From Anthoceros angustus (lineage: Eukaryota > Plantae > Anthocerotophyta), in assembly GCA_010909165.1 (NCBI GenBank), contig VJWM01000328.1, positions 1-64,000 of the forward strand: a stretch of 64,000 nt of DNA, given 5' to 3'. Both the position numbers and the translations under genes were made by a program. Of this stretch, positions 1-13,733 are shown one piece after another (position 1 is the first letter of the stretch; the number at the start of each line of letters is the position of its first letter). The notes under the pieces are model-generated. The model made no database searches, had not been told where the DNA came from, and was given only the letters and a program-made list of their open reading frames with translations.

Positions 1-3000
1 TTTTACCTTTCCCACAAACCGTGTTTGAAAACCGCAAGTATCATTGTGTCCGTTGGAATGTTAAAGGTACTCTTCCGTGATTTCCTCAAACTGATTACAG
101 ACAAGATGTTTTCTACAACATTGCAACTTATGCTTGATATGCAGCTTCTTCCAAAGTGATGCGTCGCCGTCTATGCCTTTGAGGTCTACTGCATCGAATA
201 GCCAATGGCTCTTTTCTCGTTGGTCGTAAGTAATATTTGTTGTCCACACTGCTAGTATACCTCGGAAAGCCTTCCATGGCTTGCTAAGTAAGATGTCCCC
301 TTCTGCTTCACATACGCAACAGCAACCTTCCTCGGAATTCTCCCCGACCTTCATTTTGCCCTTTCATGGTGCTCAGTGCCCGCTGCCGCTATGTTCTTTC
401 GTCTCGCTCCTAACTCCCCGCCCACTTCAGTAAAGATTGTCAATATTCTCCCACCCTCCCTTCTTGCTTTGCAATTCAAAGTATACGGTCTTGTTATCAA
501 CCTTGTTTTGCTTTGTAAACGCCGTCTTCTCTCCTCGTGGGCTGTCACAACGAGGGCCCAAACCTTGTACAAATTGAAGATTTCCATGCCATAGTCATAT
601 GCACCTTCACGTAGCAATAAGTACTGCTCAGTAAGCGGAGATACCCTAATTCGCTTGATGAAAGACATTTTCTTCTCCTTGTCCTGGAGCATAATATTGT
701 GGTTTGTAGGCGAACCGCATCTCCTGCAGTGTGAGACCGACCGTGAGCCTCGACATACAAAGTTCCCTTTCGGTGCCATGTCATTAAATGCTTCATCGTA
801 CATAGTGTGATTCCGCCAAGTACTCCCTAATTTATTATAAGTTTTGCCACGAATCGTTGCCAATCCGGTGCTTCCATGTTATCGCATTCCATGGTCTATC
901 ATACGGTGAGGCAATACTCCCTTCTATTCTCCCTTTCGATATGACCCGGGCCAAGTAATTCGTCCATGCTCAACCTTCCGTGTCTGTGCATCCGGAGTGA
1001 TGCGACGCGGCCTTAGATTCTGGGGCCTTCACCAGCACTGTCTCCGGAACAACTTTCTTCGCATACGCCGATTCCATTACACGGGTTAAAGGGTCTTCAT
1101 CTCTCACGGCTGCTTCCAACCTCTCCTCATCCGTTGGGACATGAACTGTTGCTATGGGTGCCGCCCTCTCGACTAAGCTCCCAAAGTCGCCATCTGCAGG
1201 GGTGGTCCTTTCCCTTTTCCCTTGCCATGAACAGCCTGGTGATCGTATTCCCCAACCGCCATGTCCATTGCATCGGACCTCGCCGGCCGTGCTCCCTCCC
1301 TCACTTCCCTACTTTCCACACGCTCCTCGTGAAGAGATCTTCTCTGACGCCGCGGCCCGCTTCTTCTCCTCGACGGGTTGAGCGAAACAACCTTCCCCGG
1401 CCCCTCTTGCCCGGGCGGCCGGGCGCCCTTGAGTTCCCTCCTCCTTGCAAACCCTATGAACCACTGAGGGTCCTGCAACTCCCGGCAGTCTGCCGACACA
1501 GTGGCGCCGCCGTGGCCGTGACCTCGCTTCTCACGCTCGTAAGGCTCTGTTACATCCATGGAAATTCTCAGCACATCGCATACTCCAAAAAGGTCGGCAT
1601 CCCCTTCACCCCTCGTGCATCTCAATCCCAAATCACTTCGTCATCATCATTGAATGCCCCTAACATGTCCGGATCGCTCATTGCCTTCATCCGACGGACT
1701 AAGCTCGCCGTTAGATGTCTCATCATCCCCTCCATTTCCTCGCACCTTGTATCCGAGAGCTGCGAAGAGACATAGCCCGCCTTTATGCCCTAATCGCTTG
1801 TGTGAGCTGGTAGCGAGCAAGTGAAACTGTTGCCCATCTCATACGAAACCAACATGCATGGACAAAATCAGCCACACCAGATGCACAATAGGTGTATAAG
1901 AAACCCAATAACATGCAACCAAATGCACTCACCGATGTCTCTACAATACAATCTGCGAATAACTTGATCAATCGCCAGAGGCGCACATTTCTTCAAAGAT
2001 CAACCACCACAAATGTAACATGGAACAACTGTAGGGCCTCGTGGGTTTGAACAATGTCATGAAGTCTCACGGCTCCCTCACCACAAGGAGTTGTGCTAAA
2101 GTGCCTAATCAGCACATGTCCCGGTGTTGCCTCAAATCACCCATCCCGCTCGGCTCATTGATTAGGCAAAGCATCTTCGTATCCCACCACCCACAACTTC
2201 AGGCTGAGTGTCCAAAGGCACCGTCTCCTCGATTCCTCTTCCCTGGCAAAGCATCAATTTTTTTCAACCACGCTCTCATTGTTGTTGCCGCCCCTCCGGT
2301 AAATAGTCTCCTGAGTTGAAGGGCAATTGAATTGGAATTGGCGGGAGGCGTTTCTCAGACACTGCCACTCATCACCTCCACCTCGCTGTGGTGGCTTTCG
2401 AGTTGTGGGCTGTGAGCCTGCCACCACTCGCCCCGCCGACCTGCACCGACCAAAGCATAGGTTGCTCCCGCCACAGAATCACTCGCCTTGTGGCGAGACC
2501 GGGTCGCACTATGTCCTCTTCGATGCCCACCGTCTGCTTTTGCCCCTCTTCCTTCTTACCAAAAAGGGAGGTCCTGCTGAGGCTCAGCATTCTTCTCCTT
2601 CCCTACGCCTCCCGGATGCCATTATGCGATTCAGAGATCGGCACACCGTCCTCATACGTAAGAAGAAGCACGTTAGTGAGTGAATTACCGCAGATGAGCC
2701 CTCCTGGCGACATAATATCACGACACGATTTGACGCAATTCCACACGGGCGCTCGAGGAAGGCGGAACGGAGTCGACACGCTGGGCGCATCGAGAGTGGA
2801 ATCGTGGTGGAAGCAATTGTTTTAAGCGTGAACCCGGCCTCGAGATTAATTTGGCATTGTTTTCGTTTTAGGGCTTGCATGTTTTAGAAGCATAAAGATG
2901 TGGGAATTTGAGCTATATTTGGCCGGATATGGTATCCGGTGTATTTCCATCGGATCGTCAACTACATCTGGGATTCCGTTTGCCATGTGCGATATTAAAC

Positions 3001-3375
3001 AACGATGTCAGACGGGCGCGCCCGGCGGAGAGGCTGGTGTCGACATTGCGCGCCCGCACTCAATCCGACTCAGCGCATACATCTCTGATATAGAAGGCCG
3101 GACATTGAGGACCTCCAGCAGTAGCTTTCTTCAACGCGGCGGTCCCTATTGTTCCCTTGTCTCATGAAGCGTTTTCCATACCGCCTATTCACCCAGTGAG
3201 TTTTAGCACTACGATGTTACAAGCGACGCACACACCAGAAGACGAAGAGGTCTGTGGCTCCCCGTGTCGATGAAATGCACATGTACAGGCCAGTCACTTC
3301 AGCCGGGCTAACGATTGTGGTGGGCAGCCTCTGCTGCCATCTGCTCTTCTCTCTAGTCAAACACCCAATCAGGTT

Positions 3376-4080
3376 GTGGTCAGGTTCTTGTTCGAGCAAA
3401 TCATCACTCGATATGGCTGCCCATTGGAGCTAGTCAGCGATAGGGGTACGCATTTCGTCAATAAGGTAATCTCTAATATGACCAATCATTTCAACGTCAC
3501 TCACAGGAAGACCACTCCCTACAACCCAAAGGCCAATGGGTTGACAGAGAAGGCAAATGGCCTGTTGTGCAAGATCCTGACCAAACTCATCAAGAAGTTG
3601 GGATCGATAAGAACGCATTAGTAGCTACGGGCGTCTGAGCAATGAAAAAGTGACGACCAAAGGGACCCCGTATTACCTAACATATGGACATTCGCCAATC
3701 ATGCCGATAGAGTTCGAAGTACCCACCCTGAGAGTGCAGGAACCAAGACGAATGTCTGTAGAAGAAAGTCAGTTGGAAAGGTTGGTCGCACACACGGAGG
3801 ACAGGGAGCAAGCACTACAAGTTATGCAGGATGTTCAACAAAGGAGGAAAGAATGGCACGATAAGCGACTGAAGCGCCAAGAGTATGTTGTTCCTGGAGA
3901 CCTGGCTTTATTGTATGATAACGGATACATGCATTTTCCAGGTAAATTACATCTCAAGTGGATGGGACCCTACAAAGTCTTGGAGGTTTTCGACAATGGA
4001 TCTATCTAGCTGCAGCAATTGAGTGGATCGCCCCTGCCAACTAGAGTCAACGGTTGGCGAGTTAAAAAGTTTTACCAATA
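3376..4080 (+). pseudogene. Ty3/gypsy integrase fragment (rve core plus GPY/F C-terminal module)
   Basis: ITRYGCPLELVSDRGTHF...TTPYNPKANGLTEKAN, followed after a break by TPYYLTYG...PGKLHLKWMGPYKVLEVFDNGSI*...RVNGWRVKKFY. Contains stops and frameshifts. Confidence 0.9.
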
Positions 4081-5660
4081 AGTTGGCGAGGACGCCAACA
4101 AATGAGAAGGGGAGTATGTGGAGTATCACATGTATCCTAATCCTTCTCTGAACTATCGGGATGAATGATTTTTTTTGTTTTTGGTGTCTTAGTATAGCGG
4201 AATGCTTTGGAATCGTCCGGGTAAGGCCTTTTATACGGAAAGGATCCTTGGCCCATGGTGATAATAATATTTTCTTGTCCTTGGGTTTTGACCCTGGTTA
4301 GGAAGGTTAGGTATAGAGTCCTTGGGTTTTGGTAATTTTAGAAATAAGAAGGTGTCTATATGCTAGGGATGCCTACATTTTGCTACGATTGCTGTATCAA
4401 GTGGGAGGTAGCTTCCACCGGTGGCGGAGATGGGCGCATGACTGGGAGTTCACAACCCTAGTGGCGGAGGCAGTGCAGTCGGTGGGCGCAGAAGAAGAGC
4501 ACACTGACATCGCGAAGTCGAATCGTGATCGAGGCCCTGGGGCGGATGCAGTACCGGGCGCACGCATGCAATTGCGTCTGCGCCAAATCACTCATTCGCT
4601 ATGCAGTGGCAAGGCATCGTCCAGTCGGTCATAGCGGGCGGCCGAGGAGGGAAACCACGCCAAAGGCGCCAGCGGGGGGGAAAGAGGCGGAGGCGGAGGA
4701 CCAAGGCCAAGAGGAGCGACAAGAGCGTACGAGGGTGGTGCTTTCCTCGACCCAGGCGTGCGGGAGGCCGAGGTTTTGAAGAGAAGGAGGAAGGGAGATG
4801 GCGCCTCGAGCCGCGCGCGTAAACTAATGGGTTGCACATCTTGATTCGGGCCACGGCGTTTACTAGTGGTTCTTTCTAACGGGAGCTGGGGCCTACCCCC
4901 AAGTGGTGATCGAGGAGATGAGTGAAACCGGAGGCTGAAGGCGTGGAGGAGGAGACACAGTGGTCAGCCCGTGGCCGAGGTGGAACAATGCATAGGCCCA
5001 GACGCCGACAGCCTACGGAAAGACGCGAAGAAACCGAGTAGGCGAGATAGTGAGGTGGAGGTTTTGGGGAGAATCGCTTCGGATCATGTGGCGGTGAGGC
5101 GAGAGCGAGGGAACCCCATCGGCCGCAGGCTAGGCAACAACCGCGACGCGTGGCCATTTTAGAGGAGCTGCGACATCACAGACGTGGGTTTTTTCGGGTT
5201 AGGGATAGGATGTTTTGAGGTCTGTGGAGTCAGAATTCTGGAATTGGTAGGAGCGCCCGTGGTAGTGGGCCTTATTTTCTAGACATCGGAGAGGAGTGAG
5301 CCGAGATCCGCAATTTGGATGTATAAGAGACCTTTTGTATCTCTTACTGCACAATTTGGTGTGAGCTTGTGTGTTGAACCTCTGGCGAGGTTGGTTAGAG
5401 AGCGTCGATCAAGATCAACCGGTTCGATGCATGTCTTCTCTGCTGGGAAGACCGGAAGATCTGGTGGTCGAGAGCGGAGTGGCCAAGCTCCACGTCCGGG
5501 AGTGGTGAGCGAGAGGTAATGCGTGCCGGGAGGGGTATGAATTTCATGAGGGCAGTGGGACTGCCGCAAGGCGAATCGCCCAAGTACTGACCAGTGTTTT
5601 CTTTCCTGTCCTTCCTTTCCAAACCGCTGCCACCAGAACGTGTTTTATTCCATGGGGGGA

Positions 5661-5754
5661 CTGTGTGGCCCAAGGTGAGGTCTATGTGGCCCAAGGTGAG
5701 GTCTGTGTGGCCCAAGGTGAGGTCTGTGTGGCCCGAGGTGAGGTCTGTTTGGCC
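5661..5754. repeat. 21-bp minisatellite, ~4.5 copies
   Basis: Unit CTGTGTGGCCCAAGGTGAGGT repeated head-to-tail. Confidence 0.9.
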
Positions 5755-6149
5755 TGTGAGAGAGAGAGGATCTAGTTGTGGAGGTCCCTGGAGGGGGCGG
5801 ATGAGTGTGCGTTGTAGGGGGTTGCGTATGCGTTTGGGGAAAACGTGGAATGATCGAAAAAAGTGGAAGTGAATGGTGAGATCACGGGGAACCACAAGAG
5901 TGCGGGTGGGCCTCGAGGTCGTAGGCATAACCCTCGGAGAAGATCCGAAAAGGTATTCTTGGAAGAGAAGTAAGAGTACATGTAGGTGTGTGCATGACCA
6001 TAACCCCCAAGGACCGCGCCGGAAGCCGGGTGACAATAATCTCCGACACGTAAGCTGGCCACCATGGAGTGGGACTCACATGGTTAATAAGCCACTCGGT
6101 GGTTGAACCTCCACGTGGTGGCCGAGTCTTCCACGGTGGTGGATTTGGG

Positions 6150-7279
6150 CATGGTAGAGTTACGTAGCGATTGATTGTGGTAGGACCAGAGTCCATAGTT
6201 TTAGAACATCTTGACACAAAACCATTCCTTTGGGATCGAATCCTAGGACTATAACGACATAGAGGGTAAATGTGGCCTCTTTGCGTCTTCGGATGCAAAA
6301 ACCCATTCCACAGCGTCCATGGCTAAAACACTATTGTTACCATGCTTGATGAACATCTGCCGCATGAAAGGAGTTTGCAACCCTAAAACAAAAGGTTCAC
6401 CAGGTTCTGATCTATGGAAGATAAGGTCAGCATTCACTTTGAGCCACATCTCAATGGACTTTACATCATCGGTGGTCTAGTTTCCACTCACCGCTTCCAC
6501 TTGTCGTTTCATGTTCAACACATCCTTGTGCTGCATGTAGTCATCTCGAACGTCACCATCACGCTCATGTCCTTTGTAGTACTCATCTTCTCGTACACAA
6601 CTGCAACATGCCGACGCATAATCTCCGACATAGAAACCTTGCAATAAAGACAATGTTTAACTCAATCCTTTTTCTCTTTCGAGATCCAAGGAGCTCTAGA
6701 CAATTTAGGGTGTCCCACGTACTGCGGACCATGACAGATATCACCTGCACGATCTACGTGCGCTCCTTCATGAAGAAGGATTTGAGCAACTTCAGGGAAC
6801 AAGTGCAACTGCTTCATAACAAAATTGGCCATACATCCGGTCTTCATGCGCACATTCTTGGGTGTAGCAATGGAAATCCTCCGTCCATATGAACACCAAT
6901 ACCTACATAGAAACACACGATAGCAAATACCAAGATTTGGCTTCAACTTAAGGCAAAGAAAGCACATGGACAGATACCAAGTCAGAAACCCAAGTGGTCG
7001 GGAAATTAGTATAGAGAACTTGAAGTTGCGTAAAAGGTACCTGATATATGTGATTGCAAAAGGTTCAAGGACGGCACAATTGGTGGTGGTAGTGAATTTT
7101 GAGTCTTTGAATCCTTCCGATAGAATTTTAAGCACATTTAAGCCTTCACCGTAAATGAAATCTTCTACTCTATTCCATGGAATGTAGGCAATCTTCAAAT
7201 CCTTCAAAACCTGCCAAGTTAGATTGTCGGTGCAGAATTGACCAAGCCCTGGAAATTGCACCTTTAGCGGGCACCCCAT
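6150..7279 (-). pseudogene. Mutator-like (MULE/SWIM family) transposase remnant, N-terminal part
   Basis: YIPWNRVEDFIYGE, YWCSYG, GCMANFVMKQL...HVDRAGDICHG and PFVLGLQTPFMRQMFIKHGNNSVLAMDA resemble plant MULE-derived SWIM proteins. Broken across frames. Confidence 0.65.
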
Positions 7280-7640
7280 GGACGGAGCTAGCTTGGCGGC
7301 CAGAATGCTTGGTTTAGGTTAATCTCTTTGTCTTTGGGTTGGTTTGTTTGAGATACCCCGCACTCAGTTCATACTCCTCGCGCACGATTCTAAAATCAAG
7401 CATGGTTGGTTTACATCTCAACCTCGTTATGGTGGGTGCACATACTGGGGTTCTGCCGTGCTGGGCTAAATACGGCACTGACATCCTGTATGGGCCGGTA
7501 CATGGTGTTGTGTTTAAAGTATATCATGATGAGAGAGAATCGTGATGGGCGAGGCATGGCATCCACGCCAGATTTTACACGCGAAGCATTGATTGCTTCG
7601 GAGATTTGAGACGCAGGCATGAACAGGCAAGGACCGTAGC

Positions 7641-7720
7641 GGGCAATAGTACTACATTTTCATTGCATAGTACAGTATCGGGCAATAGTACTACATTTTC
7701 GTTGCATAGTACAGTATCGG
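7641..7720. repeat. 39-bp tandem duplication
   Basis: GGGCAATAGTACTACATTTTC(A/G)TTGCATAGTACAGTATC x2. Confidence 0.85.
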
Positions 7721-9184
7721 CGTTGTTTTCGTGACTTTGCGGCGTGGTTAGTACAAGATGATGCGCGAAAAGCAGTCGAAGGTAGCATCGGCCATCGATT
7801 GTATACCCGCTGTTTCCACTCTGGAAGCGACCGCCATTTGCCATTTGCCTTTGCCATTGCCATGTCCATCCAAGGCGGGATGTCAGTTTCATTGAGCCCA
7901 GGCTGAGGCCGCGCATGACAACAACATGAGAAGGGGGCCTTCTTCTATCGTCCTCACGCACTGCCTCTTCCCTGGTCTGATGGAATTGGTTTTTAGTTCC
8001 CACCTCTGGCCAGCTCACGAGTCTGCTGATCACCGCTTGCAGTGCACATCTTAGCAGGAACATAAAGACGCACTGGTAGGCCTCCAATCCATTCCACAAG
8101 CCTCATTCCTGGATTTCGGATCAATATGTGCCCTGCAAATGGTCATCCAATTGTGGACACCAAAGAGAGGCACGGTTTCATCTTCCACTGCCTGAAAGTG
8201 TGTGACAGAGATTCGTGGATGCTACAGCTTGAGCTTCATTTTAGATCTTTCCATGGTTTCTATTTTCTTTTCAGTCAGACTATCAGACAGTCAGAGAGAA
8301 GTGCCTTTGTGATTGTATGACTGTTCATTCAAATTCGGAGTATCTGTTTTCTGCTTTTCAGTCAGACAGTCAGACAGTCAGACAGTCAAGAGAGAAGTGC
8401 TTTTGTGATTTTGTGCCCTTTCCATGCGAATTCAGCCTCGCCGAAATTTAGCATATTGTATTTGAAACAGGTCCGAGCAAGCTGTTTTCTGCAGTTGCTT
8501 CAGTTCAACACTATCTTGAGCAGGTCTATTAAATGGAATCATGTAACCAAGTTCGCTAAGAGCGCTTGAGAACAACGGAAGTAACGGAAGAAAGATCATT
8601 ACTGCTAGGGTACGTGATGCTGCACAGCGTTTCTGGCGCTATAGTTTTTCCTGGTGATATCTGCTCGGTTGATCATTGCTCGATCTCGACAGAAATGTTA
8701 TTGGTTCCGCGGATGTGAGTACTCATCACTTACTTGTAATACTGCAAAAGCCCACAGACAGGAAGACGAAACGATTCGGTAATGTTGCCAAAGTAGAAGG
8801 CAGAGCTTAGAATTTAATCATTTCCGAGCAAAGAAACAGCCTGCTGGTCGATAGGTTCTCCCACCTGTCGTTAACCTACAATGCTATAATCCGGTTGCCA
8901 CTCACACCTGCAAAAGTTGAGCCGCTAACTGCCAGGGCAGAATTCCTGTGGCTGTGAAGGATAATGGTCTTTCAAGAATTCGGTCTGAGGGCACCTTAAG
9001 GAGGTGGTCTTGTCAATAACCCGTCACAAAACAACCTGACATCGGTGTCTTAACGTTCTTGCACGAAAGTTGCCAGCCGTCAGCAAGCGACATGGATCCC
9101 ATGTTTGGGTCCAAGCTTGCACGGAGCATGGACGAGCGCCAAAGACTCTGTATAGTACATTTGCGTAAAGCCGATGGCTGCACC

Positions 9185-11552
9185 TTACATGGAGCTGATT
9201 AGTTTCTGGAGTTTCGCTCTACGCCTGTCCCTCTCCTCTGTGCCATCCACGTCTCCAATATTGTCATGGTATTCCTGCACGACGACAACAACCCGGTCTC
9301 AACGACTCCCCCGAGTGTATTGATCTCGTCGACTGCACCCTTTCACTAAGACATGGATTCTCGTGCAAAATGCAGACAACAGTACCTGAAGCACAGCCTT
9401 CACATCTTCCCTGGAAAGCTTCTGTTGCTTCAGCAGCAGCTGCAAGCGATCCCTGATTCCTGCGTTTCTGTTATCCAAGAGCAGTAAGGACAATGTTTGC
9501 ACTTGCACAAAGTGGGCTACTTAAACAGCAGACAGGTAAGGAACATACTCTGATGACCAAATGTACGCCATGATCAAGGCAAGTAACTGCAAACACGAAT
9601 TGCAGAGAGTTAATCTACACAACCTCCCACACTGCAACTGAAAATGTTGAACCCCAAATCCCATCACCAGGGTTGGGAGGAAGGTAGATAGCCAATGATA
9701 GGGCCGAGAAATGGAAACTTGCCTGCAAAGTGTACAGTCCAGCTTCCAGTTTTGACAGGTACTTCTCCTCATCGTCGAGCTGCAGAAGCATGCGAGCATA
9801 AGTATTGAAGTGAAACGGCCAGCCTCGTCAGAATTGAAGAATAGATTACCTCCAGATCATCAAGGAGCTGTTCGTCAAGCCTCCTAGAGGCAGCCTTCAC
9901 GCGATCTGAATATCTGTACAAGAGAAGCAGAAAACCTGAATAAAGCCCAAAAGACAAGCTTCAGCGCACCATGTCGAGAAGCCAAGGAAAATATCAAAAC
10001 AGACCAAGTACGACAGAGCTCAGGTGCAACAAAGTGCCATACCGCAAATACAGCTCCATCAGTCGATCCGTTTTCTCAAACTCATTCTCTACGAACTTGG
10101 ATAGCAAGCGCTCCCTTCTCGATCCACGGGTGAGGCCAACTGCAGGCGGCCAGCTTTGAATGAGACACACACACTCATTGTTGGGTGCAAGAAAGGGAGC
10201 ATCATAATGATGGGGCAGCTCACCGAAAAGAGAAGAGACCAGGGAGATAACCCGTTCTTCTATCTCCTCTTGTGACCTATCTCCCTTCTTTGCCTTCACT
10301 GGGACCTGCCATACCAGAACAACAAGGTGTCATATGATGCACGTCCCGCTGAGGACATCTGATGCCCAGAATCCAAAATGACCATCGGACCATATGAGTC
10401 ACAACACACTAACTTGTCAATCAAATGAAGGTCATTGCCTCTAATTTATACCTTCCCCATGAAGGCTGCGAACAGCGTCTTGAGGCCTAGAACATCCACA
10501 AAACGTTCACAAGCTGCAGGACACTTGGTCATCGCAAAATCAAGAGCCTTCATCGCAGATGAATATGCCAGCTTCTTTTGCTTCATGATAATGATCATGA
10601 GTTCCACTCCTTCAGCTTTGACAAACTTATCCTTGTTTTCTATGGGCATGACTACAGTGCACAAGGAGTCAAACAGGTCCTCCAGCATCTCCTCCTCCTC
10701 GCTGGTCTTTGGATCCCGTGACTTGTACAAAGCGACGGCCTGAAGAATGGTATCCACGCCATTCAGCTGCCCTAGTCTCTTTTGGTTGCCAGTGCTGTTC
10801 TGGAGCAGTATTGCCAAAATCTCACTAGCATACAGCTTGTTACTGTCGAATTCCCTAGTCTTTATCCTGTTCAAAAGCCATCGCAGCAGCTTTGTTCTCT
10901 CACACACCATGTCTGCAACTGCTGGCTTCACTTCTATCATGTTTTCGATAATTGACAAGGTGTTGAACACTGCTGCTGCTTCATCGGGCTGGGCCTCATC
11001 CAACCTGGACAGGTTTTGGACCAGCAACTCCAGCGCATTATTCTCAATCATTGAGTCCACCAAAACCAAGGCAGGCTCATCACTCTCCCCAATAACCTCT
11101 TCATCAGTCAGGTCGTTGAGAAGATTTACCACATCTATGGCAATGTCCGTATTATCGTGGCCCAGCAGCCCTAGAATCGAGGGCACCGAGTTCAGCTTCA
11201 CCAGCTCCGGATACAGGTCAGGGGCAGCAGCCAGAGCATGCAGCTTCTTCACTTCGTCATCCAGGTCCACCTCCGACTCCACGAATTTGTCAGGCTGGTC
11301 AGTATATTTCATGCGGGCTTCCAAGTTGTCTCGCAGCTTTCTCTCAAACGAAAGCACCAGTTTCTTCAAACCTCGTACATCCAGCACTTCTACCGCGTCA
11401 ATCCCACTCTCCAGAGCTTCCAGCAGCGCCAGGTCCACCTCCCCGGCCGCATGTTCCTTTTGCGGCGGAGGCAAAGCTTTTGCCGCGCCATTTCCCACGC
11501 TGCTGCCATTCGCCTCCACAAATTCCCGCTTCCTCTTACCCTGAGATGCCAT
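9185..11552 (-). CDS. CTNNBL1: Beta-catenin-like protein 1 (spliceosomal PRP19/NTC component), 8 exons
   Basis: Exon 1 (11552-10452): MASQGKRKRE...NLEARMKYTDQPDKFVESEVDL...LLGHDNTDIAIDV...GLKTLFAAFMGK. Further exons at 10305-10224, 10139-10043, 9913-9850, 9779-9723, 9586-9549, 9467-9386 and 9274-9185, ending EYHDNIGD...KLISSM*. Splice sites were read manually. Confidence 0.95.
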
Positions 11553-11926
11553 TGTCCGGGAAACTCCACACCACTTTGAGCTCACCGCTCACTTCATTCG
11601 TGGAATCCCTTTCACGCCTGGCTGCTCCAAGCAACAGAATACCAGGGTGCCCCAAGCCAGTTCCAAATCAGTTGCTGGGTCTTCCGAACCCACTCTGCCC
11701 ACCAGTTGGAGTCGAGGATCCTAGATAAACCTGCCGCTCCCGAGGATGGCAGGTGCCGGAAAGACTAGGACAGAAAATTTTCTTCGACACCTACTTAGGG
11801 CTGGCCTGATGCCCAGCAAAATGCAACGGGCTGGCTGCCTGGATGGTGCTTCGGTCAACGTCTGCTTGAGCCTGGCGCTTATGCTCCCTTGCCCATTTGT
11901 ATGTCAGCAATTCTGTCTTTGATTGG
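11553..11926. promoter_or_regulatory. Short divergent intergenic region (probable bidirectional promoter, CTNNBL1/tRNase Z)
   Basis: Head-to-head start codons are only ~375-550 bp apart. Confidence 0.5.
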
Positions 11927-13733
11927 ATGTTTTCTGCTGTGTCGCCCAGCAGTGGTGTGTGGCCTCGCCTTCCACCGGACAGGACTTTGTCTACAATTGC
12001 GTACCTCCGTTCTGTGAGCAGGGCCCAGAAAGGTCTGCAAGGGCTGGGTTTCGTTGGCACGGATGTGCGGGCATTGCACTGCAAAGCAGTGGCCCTTGTA
12101 CAGATGGGGAAGGATTCCGGAAATCCTGGAGAAGCTGCGGGCGGGGAGGTGGGTGGGTCGGCCCTCCGTCGAGGGAAGATGAAGAACAAACTTGAGGTGG
12201 AGGGATTGCCTCTGGAGGGCATTTCGATTGGGGGGCACGAGACCTGTATCATCCTGCCATCCATGAAGGTTGCGTTTGATATTGGGCGCTGTCCGCAACG
12301 TGCCATTTCTCAGGAGTTTCTCTTCATATCCCATGCTCACATGGACCACATTGTACGCGAAGCTTGATTGCCTTGTTTCTTTTGTTGTAAGCTGCCAGGC
12401 TTTAGTGTTTTTCATCGGTCTGTCAGCTTGGGCTTCACTGTTCCTGGCTGTTGGCGCAGGGAGGGGTGGCCATGTATGTGGCCACCAGGGGACTGTACAA
12501 AATGAAGCCACCAACAGTCATTGTGCCGTCTTGTATCAAGGACACGGTTGCAAAATTGTTTGATGTGTATAGAGAACTGGATGGATCTGAGCTGAATCAT
12601 GTTCTGATAGGCTTGGATGTGGGTATGCTGTGCTAGCACTCTATGGAAGTTTTGCCAGAAAATGTTTGACCTTTTTTGTTACAAGTAGGTTTGGCACTAG
12701 CTGGTGAAGAAATTAAGCTGTGGGGTGGTGTACCAGGTTGGACAGGAGTTCAAAATGGGGAAGGGTTTTGTGGTGAAGCCGTTTAAGACTTATCATGTGA
12801 TTCCCAGTCAGGTAGGGGGTGTTTCTACTGTTGTGTTTACTTGTTCTGGATTTTTTGTCATGCGGTGCACGTCTTGTGATGCAGGGCTACTTAATTTACT
12901 CTGTCAAACAAAAGTTGAAACCTCAGTACCTAGGATTGCCTGGTGCAGAGATCAGAGATTTGAAGCTCTCCGGAGTTGAGGTAACTCCTGTCAGCCTGCA
13001 ATAAAAAATCTGTGTCATGAGGTCTTGCGATTCTATTGGATGACCGACAATGCTCCTATCTTTGGAGCTACTGACCAGGTATATGTCCTAAGCAGATAAC
13101 AGACACTATAACAACACCTGAAGTTGCCTTCACAGGGGACACCATGGCGGACTTTTTGGTGGATGAGGCAAACAGTGACGTGCTGAAGGCAAAGGTGCTG
13201 ATTATGGAGGTGAGACTTGGGCTCCCGCCCTTCTATATCCCGACCTGGATGTGATGGGCTGCATAGAAGGTGCATTCTAAGTTACATGCCGGTGTCCGAT
13301 GCAGAGTACCTTCGTTGACGATGCAGTAACTGTAGAGCATGCACGTGAGTACGGCCACACACATCTGTTTGAGGTAAATCTTGTGCACTGTTTGAAAGCT
13401 GCAAGGCAGTATGATGCTAGATTTGCCATAGAGTCGTAAAATTCGTGGTGTTTAGTTGAAACTCGACAAGTAAGGAGACAACTGGCATATGCAGATTGTT
13501 TCTCTCTCGGAACGACTGCAGAACAAGGCAATTGTGTTGATCCACTTTTCAGCACGGTACGAAGAGCAGGTACGTTGTGGCAAAATTTCTGTCCCTTCCA
13601 GCAGCTCCTTTTCAATGTGCCTGTGGAAGGGCTGCAAACGAAAGTAACGTTTGTGTAGGACATTCAAAGAGCCATCCAGGGCCTTCCAGAGTCGTTACGA
13701 GATCGAGTATTCCCATTGACAGAAGGCTTTTAA
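11927..13733 (+). CDS. TRZ: Short-form TM-type tRNase Z (TRZ1/TRZ2-like), multi-exon; start at 11927 or 12104
   Basis: LEGISIGGHETC (EGxSxxG), FDIGRCPQRAISQEFLFISHAHMDHI-GG, TYHVIPSQ-GY, PEVAFTGDT, HAREYGHTHL, LIHFSARY. Last exon ends ...PLTEGF* at 13733. Confidence 0.93.

Noticed and set aside
1-3300. Many short ORFs on both strands
   Set aside because: No recognisable domain or splice-consistent gene. Probably retroelement-derived, but I cannot support a call.
4300-6100. GC-rich ORFs downstream of the integrase
   Set aside because: Fragmentary with no motif; likely the 3' accessory region of the gypsy element.
10747-11544. 265-aa plus-strand ORF
   Set aside because: Antisense shadow of CTNNBL1 exon 1.
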